This document shows positions 51,973 to 64,000 of a stretch of 64,000 nucleotides of DNA, piece after piece. Under the pieces are notes generated by a model. It was given only the letters and a program-made list of their open reading frames with translations. It was not told the DNA's origin and made no database searches. Where the stretch lies: assembly GCA_964247055.1 (NCBI GenBank), contig OZ176055.1, positions 3,286,001 to 3,350,000 of the forward strand, in the 5' to 3' direction. The position numbers were made by a program, and so were the translations under genes. How positions within the stretch are numbered: position 1 is the first letter of the stretch; every line of letters begins with the position of its first letter. Origin of the DNA: Paragordius varius (taxonomy: Eukaryota; Animalia; Nematomorpha).

Positions 51973-54600
51973 TTAATTTATATTCTATTTTCATACACGA
52001 TGCGTTTCGACTCTCGTGTAACTTTGTTAAATTATATCATGATATATCGCGTAAAATGAATATATAATTCTAGCAACACACTTTTTGACCTAATCAAAAA
52101 TAAGGGCATCTTTTACATCTATAATAAGAATTGATTAAATATTCAGTAAAGTTTTTAGAGGAGTAATAGTTAGGATATCAATGATGTATTTGTAACAAAT
52201 TTGCAGTGCTTAACAAATTTAATACTAATAATTGATCCAAAATCAATTATGTTTAAATTAATCAATTATAGCTATTTTTAATATTGAACATTAAATGGTC
52301 ATATCCCGATAAATAGTAGTTTGTAACGATTATTATGGGCTTGATAAGTATATATCGTGTCACTAAAATTAAATAAATTCAAAATTAGCGCATACATATA
52401 TATATATATAATTTTTGAAATTTTATAAACGCCTATAAATTTGTAGAGTTTGAGTCAAATATAAATTTTTAACGTAAAAGCTTTATTAACACCTAGACGT
52501 TTAAATAAAATTTTAAGTTAATTTACATTTAACATGACATCAAATTTTTCAAATAATAAGCGGTTCCATAGATAGCTAAAGAAACAATAACAATTTTAAC
52601 CCAAAATTCGACACTGATAAACAATGTATATTAAATCTGTTATTATAGATATAAATTTTAAAAATATTATCAAACTTAAAGGGACATAGATCGCTATTCA
52701 TACTTTTAGTTTTTAATAGGTTTTTATGAAATTTAACATAAAATTTAATTTATTATTATAAATTATATTTGTAAATTTCACTCAATTTCACCTTTTTGTA
52801 TTCTTAACACTCCATAACCTTTTGTAGTTTTCTATCCCAAAGAGATTTAATAAAAAGTACTTAAGGTATTTAAGCCAAATTTTTAAAATATGCTTTCTTT
52901 AGTCTTTTAGCATTATGCAAAAAAATTAAAAAATCCTCTTCTCAAACGTTTTGCCACCATTTTTTTCTATAAATTTTAAATTGCTAATGGAAGCCTCAAA
53001 TAAATTTAGGTTGGAAAATGTAAATAATCCACTTTAAAAAGCTTTTAGGCTACATTTTACTATAAAATACTTGATATATAATTTTAAGATCAGTAGTTCT
53101 TTTCTATTGTTTGATTTTAGAATCCAGAAGTCATAAAACAAAAAATATAATATAAGTCCATGAGAACAATTTCATAATTGAATTCAAATTAAAATAATTT
53201 TCAAATTTTAATGAATTTTTATAGGGATGGAAAATTATTAGGCAATTAATTATTATTATTAGCTTTTCGTATATGAATATATAATTTTATATGCCTATTA
53301 AATGATCTATTTTAACATAATTTATTTAAAGTTAATTTGAAATTAAATTTAAATAATTTTCAGGTTATATAGAATCTTAAAGCCAAAAAATTTTAATTGA
53401 ATAAACTAAAATTATTTAACAAAAATATGAAATAGATAGCAAGGTCTTTCATCAACCCAACTTTTCACGTTATCCATTAACTTAATTAGTAAGGCTGAAA
53501 CCAAAAAATCTCATCTAGGTTTTTATAAAGTTTTTCCTATTTAAATAATATTATAGTTAATAAATTTAACAGGACTGAATCAACGTGTTGCATCCATATG
53601 TTTAACAATTCGATTCAAATTGGGGTATCTAAATACCCCAGACCTAATTAATATAAAAAACTATTGAAGTAACGGTCCCAGTTTAAATTTATGCCTCAAT
53701 CCTAATAAAAATTAATAAGCCTAAATACCTAAATAAAATATCATTTTTAAAAAAAGGTCCATTTTGCAAAATTTTTGCAAAATATCGTGTTCATTAAATT
53801 TTAAAGGTAAAATGGTATATAAATTTTTATTTTAATTACATCTATTGATAATAGGAAAGTGGTTTATTTTGTATTTCCATGCCCCCATGCTACGTTGGCC
53901 AAATTTGTACCTTTGGGTTTCACTTTAAAATAAATAATATCATATGTTTTCGTAATTTTATTATATAGTGGTTTTAAATGATATATAAGTGCAAAATTTG
54001 CCTTTCGATTCCTTCCATATTTTAAAAAGAATTTTAAATAGGCCTGGGGTATCCAACTATTCCAATTTGAATCGAAGGACTAAAATGAATGTTTTGTATC
54101 CAAGTGTTAAAAATGAGAGCGAATTTCGTTATTTACCAATTTGGAACACCTACCCAAAACAAAACAATTTTGTTAGAGCCTAAACAAAAGGGATCAAGAT
54201 AATCCCGGTACATTTTCCCATCAGAATATATATATTCCATCATGATTTGTCGAGTACACTGTGTTATTAAACTGTTAAAATTGGGAATAAATAACAATAA
54301 AATTAACAAAAATGTATGAAAATTTTAAGTAAAATCTGCTTTTTATTTTAATTAAATTTTTACGCTATCACAAATACTTAGTTACAGTCAAAATAATATA
54401 CCATTTACCTTTAATGATTCGAAGACATTTTAATAAATAATAAAAGAACCTGGTAAAAAACGATTTCTTAAAAAAAAGCATCAAAAGTGTATTCTTATAA
54501 TAGAGCCAATTATTATTCATGTGTAGATATTTTCTAAAAGACCCAAATTAAAAAGTATTGTAAAAAACCAACTGATAATTTTTTTCTTGTGATGTTTCAC

Positions 54601-55725
54601 ATGGAACCCGAATACATAGCTCTTCAAAATTTCACAGATATTATGAATAAAAATTCAGATATAAATCCCGCTATGGCAGCAATTCAAAGCTTGCTTACTT
54701 TAATTAGCAAATGTCAAGTTGAAACATTATCAGAATTGAGAGAAACTCTCAAAAAAGCTATTAATTTGATGACTCAAACTGGTAAATCTGTAACATCGGT
54801 TTCATCCGGTTGTGAGCTCTTTTTGCGTTTTATCACCTTAACATCTCTCGATCAACCTAACGTAACAGAATGTACCAAAGTTTTATTGAAACGAGGAAAT
54901 TTATATTTGGAAAAAGTCAAATCCTCTCGGGAAAAGATTGCCAACATTATAAACCCATTTATTAAAAATGAAGATATAATTTTAACTCATTCATACTCTC
55001 GGGTCGTTTTAAAAGCTCTGTTACAAGCTAAAGCTAACGGTAAACGTTTTAAAGTTTATGCCACCCAATCGGCTCCCGATTATTCTGGGAATTTAATGTT
55101 TGAAGCTTTGCAAAAAAACAATATTGAATGCATTCAAATTCTTGATGCATCGGTTGGATACATCATGGAGAAAATTGACATTGTAATTTTTGGGGCTGAA
55201 GGAGTTGTCGAAAACGGCGGTATTATAAATAAAATAGGTATTTAGAGTTATCTAATATAAACACTAAATAGTAATTAAGTGAAAATATTTTTTTAATGCT
55301 AAAAACCTAATATAATGCTTTACTATTATAAATATATTCTTTTCCATGTCATTACAGGTTCGTATACAATAGCCTTAGCTGCCAAAGCTTACAATAAACG
55401 ATTGTATGTTTGTGTCGAAAGTTTCAAATTTGTTCGACTTTATCCATTGAATCAACGAGATATACCCAATCAATTTAAGTACTCACCGGATATCTTGGGT
55501 GGAACGTTAGTAGCTCACGAAAGCTCTTCTAATACGATTCATAATGAATCGGCACAACTTAATTCCAATCTCATGATAGCAGCGAATTCCTTAGAAAGTA
55601 AACTGGAAATGGCACATCCTGCAGTGGATTATACGCCTCCGGCTTTTATAACATTACTATTTACTGATTTAGGCATTCTTACCCCATCTGCTGTTAGTGA
55701 TGAACTGATACGTCTTTATTCTTGA
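54601..55725 (+). CDS. EIF2B1: Translation initiation factor eIF2B subunit alpha
   Basis: Exons 54601-55237 (alternative ATG 54592) and 55358-55725, with a 120-nt phase-1 intron inside NKI-G-S. Motifs [80 protein letters not shown]. Confidence 0.97.
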
Positions 55726-56814
55726 TGATTGGAAGAGCAAAAATATTATTTGGTCCTTTTTTGGCCAACACTATTATATAATTTATAATAAAACCGTAAA
55801 GTCTGACACTGGTAATGAACATTGTGATTGTGTGTATACAGCATATTTATGTGTTATTTGTATGAGATACATCTTTAAAGTAGAATCGTATATGCAGTAA
55901 TTAGAGCTATTATAGGCTATTTCGGTATATTGAATACCTAAAAGCGTATTTCCATATCTGTGCAATACAAGTTTTTATTTCACTAGTTACCTAATTAATT
56001 CAACACCGAATTATTTCTCGAGCTTTTCAAAAAAACGCAACTAATAATAACATCTCATATATGGCAACACGTAAATTAGATTTCGGCCATTAAAATATTC
56101 AAATGAACTATGATAGCTCTCTCGTTACTGTATACGCGAAATGATAAAAATAAATTTGTATGATTAATTTGTTTTTTGGGTAACTTGTTAACGCTATTGC
56201 ACGCAGTGAATTGACATCCTATGGATTTTAAGCGGCTCGCTTAAATTAGAATATTGTTCATAAAACCTGAACGTTTCTAAACTGGTTCCAAGTCATGTTT
56301 TTATATCTGGTTTAACATTTTTTCTAAACAAAATTTTTACTTTACGAAAATTAACACATAAAACATATAAGCCACAAAAATTAATTGTAAGCTAATCTTT
56401 TAATATATACTCTCGAATAACAAACACATAACTATTAAAAAATCAACCTTTTGCAAACCGTTTTTGTGTGTTTGAATTTTTAAAAATTGGTTTATAAAAT
56501 GCATTTTTTTTACTTTTGACCCTATTTGTTTTGATATATTAGAACAAAAATTATAATACCACAAAACAGTGTCTAAGCGCTGGGGGGCGGGGGGGACAAA
56601 TTTTTTGCCTTTATACGCGTTCGATCTCATAATTTTGGCGAAAAATAGCCTAAACGTATTGTTGCGCGGATTTAAGGGTATAAATGCCTCAAGCACATCA
56701 AATATAAACAATGTTAACAAAAAAATATTTATTCAGCAATGATCTTAGTATAAAAAACATAAGCAATTATTGGGTGAAATCTGGAAAAAAACTTTATTTT
56801 TGACATCGGGTATA

Positions 56815-57593
56815 TATACCATTTACACTTCAAGAGTGTCCTTGAACAATTCAAGTTGGTCCTTGAACAATTCAAGTTGGTCCTTGAACAGTTCAAGTTG
56901 GTCCTTGAACAATTCAAGTTGGTCCTTGAACAATTCAAGTTGGTCCTTGAACAATTCAAGTTGGTCCTTAAAAATTATAAATTTTGATTTAACCATAATT
57001 TTTGCATTTATTTTTTTATTTTATTATTTATTAACCTAATTTTCTTTATTTATATATATTTATTCATTTAAAAATAATTTTTTTTTTGAAAAACCACTTT
57101 TTTGTTTCAAACTATATTTTTTCAATTGAACAAAATTATTGACTTTTAAATGTTTTTAATGAAAAATTTTAATTAATAACCCAGAAGACTTATATATTTT
57201 TTCATTTCGTGTTAAAATCTTATAAATATCTAAATTTATTTTAAGAAATTAATAAAGATATACGGTTTTTCAAAGATTAAAAGTTGATATCGATTTAAAA
57301 TTTATGTTAAATAATAGAAAATAGGTTAAAAACAATAAAATAGACGAATTATTTTCGATTTGATTGATAAAAGTTAAAAACAAAACAAAAAAGTCAAAGG
57401 ACCAACTTGAATTGTTCAAGGACCAACTTGAATTGTTCAAGGACCAACTTGAACTGTTCAAGGACCAACTTGAATTGTTCAAAGACCAACTTGAATTGTT
57501 CACGGACCAACTTGAATTGTTCAAGGACCAACTTGAATTGTTCAAGGACCAACTTGAATTGTTCAAGGACACTCTTGAAGTGTAAATGGTATA
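56815..57593. mobile_element. Foldback-type element with long TIRs built from 21-bp tandem arrays
   Basis: Outer TIR TATACCATTTACACTTCAAGAGTGTCC at both ends. Six units (56838-56963) and eight inverted units (~57400-57570) of GTCCTTGAACAATTCAAGTTG surround a ~425-bp AT-rich spacer. TA at both ends is a possible TSD. Confidence 0.85.
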
Positions 57594-59681
57594 AATAATA
57601 AAAAAGAAATGTATAATTTTGTCCTTATGGAGTAAATAGATTTGACATACACACATTTGTAAGATTCCTTATATATTAATGGATAACCAGTGATGCAGTT
57701 GATCACTGTAATGAGCGTAATTTGTCCTTATGGCGTAGATATATATATATATATATGGCTTACACACAATTGGATTGCCCGCGAAGCCGCTATTAGAAAA
57801 GAGGGCTCAACAAAATTGTGATCCATATATTGGGATTATGCATCTAATAGTTATGATCTAATAGGATTTTCAAAACGGTGCTACATAGAATTTTCAAAAC
57901 TGTGCATTCATACTAATATATTTTTTACTGGTGTGAAGGCCCCAAATTGAAGGTCAACGGAAAAAACCGCTTTACTTTAATTTTTACCTTTTTGTCGGTA
58001 TTATTAAAAGCCTTTTGTGAACTCGTATGGCTTCTTAAGTTTTTTGAATAGCTCCAAAATCACGCCATTTTTGTATGGGGTCTCAGTTTTAAACCGGTAG
58101 ACCCCTACCCATAGACCTATAAGGAAAAAGCGGTGAGTTAAATTCTTTGCCTTTATAGGGCAAATATTTGGGATCATCTTTGATACCATCATTTCATGGG
58201 TTATTCAAAAATTATTACTGAATAATCGTTATATGATGGCGTATTTTTAGGGCATCGACCTAAATTTTTGCTTTGTTACGGGTAATATTTTAAGAACCTA
58301 TTGAACTCATATGGCCTGATAAATTTTCTCAAATTTAGCCTTAAAGGTACGCTATTTCCATATGATGGGGCAGTTTTTAGCGGGTATCCCCTTACCCAGC
58401 AGCCAATATAAAAAAACGCACCACTAAAATTATGGCCTTTTAATAGGGAAAACCTGGAATCCTTATTAAATTTTTACAATTTCATACCTTGGGCGAAAAA
58501 TTGATTCTAAAATTTATTTTTGAAAAAAATGGCATTTTACGGGGGGAGCGGGTAAAAAGAGGGCCTAAATTAAAAAAGCGAGCCTACTAAGTTCGGCGCC
58601 ATCGAAAATAAGTAAAAAAATCATATTTTACGAATGATCCAACACCTCTCCCGGAAAGTCTTAAAGAAAAACCCGTTTTTGCACGGGGTGGGCCATTCAA
58701 AAAAGGGCGATATTTTGGAAACATTCATTAATGATTATAACTTTTGACATTTGGATTTAAATGGGTCTACCAGTTTTCCGGAAACATGTCACAAAGGTGG
58801 CATCATTTTCATGAATATATAGATTACCGATGGCTACTAATTTTTGTGCAATCCAATTCTAATTTAAAACCTCCTACAATACCCATTTTATTAGATACAT
58901 GAAATTTAAAAACTTTATTAATTAATTAAATGATAGCGTTTCACGAGTAGACAATAAAAGTTTTGCAAAAGGTACAGGTTTAATGAAATTAAAATTTATA
59001 AGTGTATTTAGTTTTTACAAAAGCTTAAATTACAATAGATTGATTTGAGTTCAATTATGCTTATTTTATATATGATTAAAATATTTTTACGTGTCTTATT
59101 TGTTTAAAAGGCTCATAAGCATTTTGGCTGTGCAATTTATTTAATTTTAAACTTCTTTAGCGTAATTTGGGATATTCTTAAAAACATAATATAACATAAT
59201 AATTTGTAGCGAGTCAAATTCAAAAAATGTCAATTTTCATTATTAAATATTACATGAATGTATTTAAAATTTGGCATATTTTATCTTAAATATTTTTATT
59301 CTTTTACTATAGGATGTTAAAACTAAGAAAATAATATCTAAAAACATTCAAAAAAATTTTTTTAATGTTGGTCATTTTCCTAAAAATATATAAATAAATG
59401 TTTTATAAAAGTTTTAGTCCTTTTTTTAAAACCAAAATATATTTTGCATTTAGAATGCGTTTAACCTCCAAATGATTTTACTGATTGTAAAAGTCCATCA
59501 TTAATTTACTATATCATACACAAAGCACAAAAGACACAGGTTAAAGGTTAAAATTAGACATGCGCGTTATAATATAATTTTAATTTATCCGCCCCATTAT
59601 TTGTACACAATGTTTATATCGATAAACACTGGAAATTGATGACAAATCATCCATACTAATTTGAGAGTGAATGGTATAAAC

Positions 59682-59945
59682 CAGAGGGTGCCCAACACGT
59701 GGCCCGCGAAAAATTCGGAAATCTATAATTTGCGGAAATATGCTTTTGAAATTTAAATATTAAACATTTTTTTTAAATAAGTCTACCCAACTCGCAAGGA
59801 GTAGAAAGTTTTTTTATATTGTGTGTGCATTTTACAGTCTTAAGCCTAGGAAATCATTTATGAATGCCCATATATGGTTTAAATGCGGCCCGCCGTAGTT
59901 TTTTAATGTGAAAATGAGGCCAGCGACGCCATGTTAGAATCTCTG
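59682..59945. mobile_element. Buster/Charlie-like hAT MITE
   Basis: gtataaac|cagagggtgcccaacacgtggcccgcgaaaaattcgg ... aaatgcggcccgcc ... ctctg. Confidence 0.7.
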
Positions 59946-59978
59946 GTAATGTTAACGATAGACAAGTTGTGCTTAAAG

Positions 59979-60248
59979 ACAGTTAAAATTAAAATTATAC
60001 AGAAACAAAACTAAAAGACAAATATTTTTTTATAAGCAACCAACCAACCATACTTTTCAAACCCTTCTATTTCATATATATAAATTAGTTAATAACAGTT
60101 TTAATATAATTGAGTGTAATTTAAATATCCTAGTTCTATATTTCGCACCCATACTTAATAAAATTAAAGTTATGGTTGTCTTTTTTTAAAAAGAATATTT
60201 ATATTTTAGTTTTATCATTTTGTCTATCCAATTTTAATTTTTTCCATA
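59979..60248. mobile_element. Same TA-CAGT MITE family, diverged copy
   Basis: cagttaaaattaaaattatacagaaacaaaactaaaagacaaatatttttt ... ccatacttttcaaaccc, with an inverted right arm. Confidence 0.55.
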
Positions 60249-61043
60249 AATATTTGGTCCATAAATATGTCTTAATGATTTATTTACTAGAATCTCTATG
60301 ACAAATGTCATGCAATATTACTCTTCATAAATTATGTATGAATATAAATTTTTTATTTTAATACATACATATATATTTTTAAAAAGGGTTTGTGCAAATA
60401 TTCAAGTGACACATTTACTCTAACGAAATTCTTAATTTATTATTTATTAAATCAAATGGAATGTATAAAAAATGTGTAATATATATATATATATATATAT
60501 ATATACAGCTAATATAATATGTTTAATGTCATTTTTCAGATATGTTAGGGAAATTATTTGTATGATGTAATACTACGATAGGATGTTTTTTAATGAGGCT
60601 AACACAATACACACGACTAGTTTATTGAACGTATATGAGGAAGTAGTAATTTGTCACACATATGTCATAAAATTACAGATTTGTATGAATATGTATGTAT
60701 GATACTTTAAATAATCGTTTAATTCCATTAAGTAAATGCATTGGTAGTACCTATAAAAACAGCAAGCTCCTAAACTCATTATATTTTAAGAGTTTTATAA
60801 TATACCATTTACACCTCAAATTCACCTATAAACGATTCAAATTCACCCGAAAATAAATTAGGTGTTTTTAGATATTAATATTAAAATATATTTTTACACA
60901 TTAAATGATAGTGAAAAAATAATAAACTATGTTATAAAGATATAATTATAATGATGAGTTAGTTATATTAGCTTGAAAATACAATTTATTTTGAGGGTGA
61001 TTTTGAATTGTTAAGGGCGAATTTGACTTCTAAATGGTATAAT

Positions 61044-64000
61044 CTAGTGTATAAATGTGGAGTACAGTTTGGCAAAATTTTCGTGGATTAGGTTAAAAAA
61101 CCGTTTGATATTTCGGCACACGTGTCGCAAAAATCGTTTCAAATGTCTCCTATAATCTGCGCTACACATGCAATACAGGAAAAAGTCAAGCGAATAATTT
61201 GCTATTTCCAGAAGGTTAGCCACGGCCGTAAAAATATGATATCCGTATGAATTTTGCCTGGCTCCTGCATAGCCCTGCGTCATTACAAAAATTTGGGGTG
61301 TAACTGAAAGAGTGAACAAAATTGAAATAGCTAGGAGAAGATGAGTTAAGTTTTTTTCTTTCTTAGCTTGTTTGGCCCATGTTATGGATGATGTACTTGG
61401 TCTCCCTGAGGGCGATTGAGAATCACTGGAACTTATTTGTTTGTCCTGGGATTTATATTTATGATAAATAATTTTATAAGTTTTGAATCAATAATTTCCT
61501 CAACAAAAACAAACTGTTTACATAAATAAATACTAGGGTAGATTGATTGTTTTAATTTTAAATACACAAGCTCCCCCCTATCATTTATTGCTTATTTGGA
61601 CTTTTTATACATGTTTAGCTAACTAATTAATTGAAGTAAGCAATATTTTAGGCAGTATGTTTTAATAAACGACACTAATAATTCTTAAGAATTTTTTAAA
61701 TTTAAACATTTTAGCGGTACCACAACTAATTATTTTTACTTATATCTGCAAATTTATAATTTAAATTACACTTTAAAAAGCAACAACGCTTAAATCAGTT
61801 GAATGATGGATGATTCAACTAAAATTTATTTTACTACTGAAATTATAAATTGATCCATAGATTTTAACTAAATATTTGATTATAAACAATGTTTAGGTTG
61901 TTATTACTGATTGCAAAAGATTAAAAATGTATTTAACCGGATTTTTACGGAAACCTCATATACTTTTTTACATACGCTAATTGTTATCAAATAAACTATT
62001 CGGACTAAACAATCTTTTTTTAATATTAGTTAATAACCGCTAAATGCGTTTCTATCATTCCATAAATGGCTTATAATTAACTATTAACCCTTTTAAACCC
62101 AATGAATATCTAATCAATTTTATTTATTTTTAAAGTTCATGATCATTATCAATTACCTTATTGCTTGATACTGACTTGCAAGATAAAATGGAGGAAATTG
62201 AAAACCGTTTCATATAAGTCGCCCATTTATTGGCTAAAGTAGCTTCCCTTTTGTTGTTTTCAAATATGGTTCCTAATTTATTATTATTATTCTCACACAG
62301 TGTGTAATTATGATTAAAATTTTTAGCTTCGTTATTATTGTTTGCGTTTATGGTATCATGGTAAAGTTTATATTTATTGATAACATTATTAACTTTTATC
62401 GGATTTTCATCATCAGTGGTGTGATAAATATTTTGATTTGCGTTATGTAATTTGAATGAAACATTCAAACTTTTACGTTGTTTCATCGTTTGTTGATGTT
62501 TTGATTTGTTTGTTTTCGTAACTTTGCTAAATTGAGGTGATGATTCTACATGTGCTAGGAATGAAGACTTTGACATGTTCTTCAAGTTTTTATCATAATG
62601 TTTATTATTACATTGCCGAGTAAGTGACACATTTTGACACATGGGTTCATGGTGTTTCGTCGCACAATTATCTTTTGTATGCGGTGAAGCCTTGAAAAAA
62701 TTAGTTAATTTATATCGTTTGTGGGATTTGCCACTATTCTTATCATAATTATCATCGGCACTTATGTTATTATTGTCATTGCTAACATTATCAATATTAT
62801 CGAACATGAGTGAATCGAGTTTATTGGGCTTATTCGTTACGCCTGAGGTCATACTCATAAATGAATCGTTTGGACCATACGTATTTCCTCCCCCGGTATC
62901 AGTTAACAGTAAATCATTACGGATTTTCGCTACGCGCTGTAACTTCCCCACTATGAGTACATTAGCTATGACGACAAAAATTACGGGTATTATGCGTGTG
63001 AGAAAGACCCAAGACCATTTATAAAGTACGCGGTAAGCGAAACTTTTATCAAGTACATCATTGTGTTCCCGGTAATAATTAACTATTGATGTAATTAACG
63101 TTACAGCAGTTATACGGTCTGTAAATACCAAGGGTAACCGTATGAGACGTTGTTTATAATTTAAAATATAGGAGTTTTTGAATATGCTCGTATTCCGATT
63201 ATTTACAACCGTTTTCACAGGGTATGAACAGGCAGTTTCAAGCGAAAAATTGTACGTTAACATAAGTTTACTAATGAATAATTTGTGATTTTGTTTGGTT
63301 GAAATGGTGTTACTAAGGGGTATCAAACTAACGTCAAAGCTTGAATCTACTTTATCTCCTATTTTTTCTGGCGTATCTTGATTCACTAGCTCCGAAAGGT
63401 TTGTTTTTGAAAGAGATACGTTTAAATTATCTGCGAGGATTTGAGCAATAGTATGACTATAGTTTTTGTCTTTCCCATTTAGCAACGTTGTTTCAAAATT
63501 TCTCAGAGTAAAGTAAGACCTATTTGCGTGACATTTATCAAGTTTGATGGCATCAACAAAGTTGTGTGAGGTATGATTCGATATATACAATTTTTTGACC
63601 AATAGCTCCCGTTTGGATATTACGACGTAATCTTGAGTCAGAGGAAGAGATATTATAAGTGCTACAAAGAACGATGTAAAAACCATAAGGCGAGTTCGAC
63701 TCCTGCTACACCATCGATGACATTTTAAAGGCCAATACACGGTTATCAACCTTTCAATCGCCATACTCATTGTGACAAAAGTAGATGCTGCAAATACTGT
63801 ATTAACCAAAAAGTACATGCCATACAAACGATAATATGCCCAAAATTTGGTGTTCAAGTTGAAAGTGTGTCTATCATGCTTGTAGAGACTTCGTTTCTTA
63901 TGCGTTTCCCCTAAATACTTTAGTTTTTTGCAGTAAAGTATGACGGGTGAAAGGGTTGACTCACGGCACACCAAGCTAAATATGGCGGTAAATCGGGTAT
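61044..64000 (-). CDS. Rhodopsin-class neuropeptide GPCR, FMRFamide/myosuppressin/sex-peptide-receptor group, 5' end outside the window
   Basis: The frame is open from the window edge to the donor at 62157. The last exon 61445-61044 is in phase 0. TM3 NTVFAASTFVTMSMAIERLITVYWPL, TM5 VFLTRIIPVIFVVIANVLI, TM6 EKNLTHLLLAISILFTLSVTPQ, TM7 ANLLEIANYSLDFFLYC. Confidence 0.9.

Noticed and set aside
55783-56300. Possible - strand gene convergent with eIF2B-alpha
   Set aside because: No phase-consistent exon chain or recognisable motif could be built, even allowing micro-introns.
56838-57570. CRISPR-like appearance of the 21-bp arrays
   Set aside because: The units are directly adjacent with no unique spacers, there are no cas genes, and the context is eukaryotic.
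57364-57585. ORF encoding a perfect heptad (KDQLELF)x8, resembling a leucine zipper, and related NCSRTNL/NNSSWSL ORFs
   Set aside because: These are by-products of a stop-free 21-bp repeat inside a TIR element. The KDQLELF ORF starts at TTG, and the other frames and strands are open too.
8860-63024. Antisense ORFs overlapping real exons (e.g. 8860-9063, 9398-9640, 21576-21797, 33820-35538, 62764-63024) and many 60-100-aa F/I/K/Y-rich ORFs
   Set aside because: They are shadows of coding strands or chance ORFs in AT-rich or repeat DNA, often with non-ATG starts.

Overview
Very AT-rich, intron-containing, repeat-rich eukaryotic DNA with an animal gene set. The species cannot be fixed from the sequence alone. 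Seven protein-coding genes were reconstructed by hand. They are the 3' part of the PP2A scaffold A subunit (+), an RIIa-domain protein with three IQ motifs (Sp17-like, -), a 15-exon ADAMTS-like metalloprotease that the ORF track largely misses (-), TMEM147 (-), a disco/basonuclin zinc-finger factor (-), eIF2B-alpha (+), and an FMRFamide/sex-peptide-receptor-type GPCR running off the right edge (-). The most striking signal is ultra-short GT-AG introns of 22-26 nt (TMEM147 and the ADAMTS-like gene) alongside introns of up to ~1.3 kb. The repeat content includes a complete hAT-Blackjack element (13-bp TIR, perfect 8-bp TSD) carrying an inverted decayed second copy of its transposase, and a hammerhead-ribozyme motif of the Penelope-associated minimal type with a second rearranged copy. 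There is also a foldback element built from 21-bp palindromic tandem arrays, plus several MITE families. No tRNA, rRNA or CRISPR array was seen. All exon coordinates are manual and need RNA confirmation.
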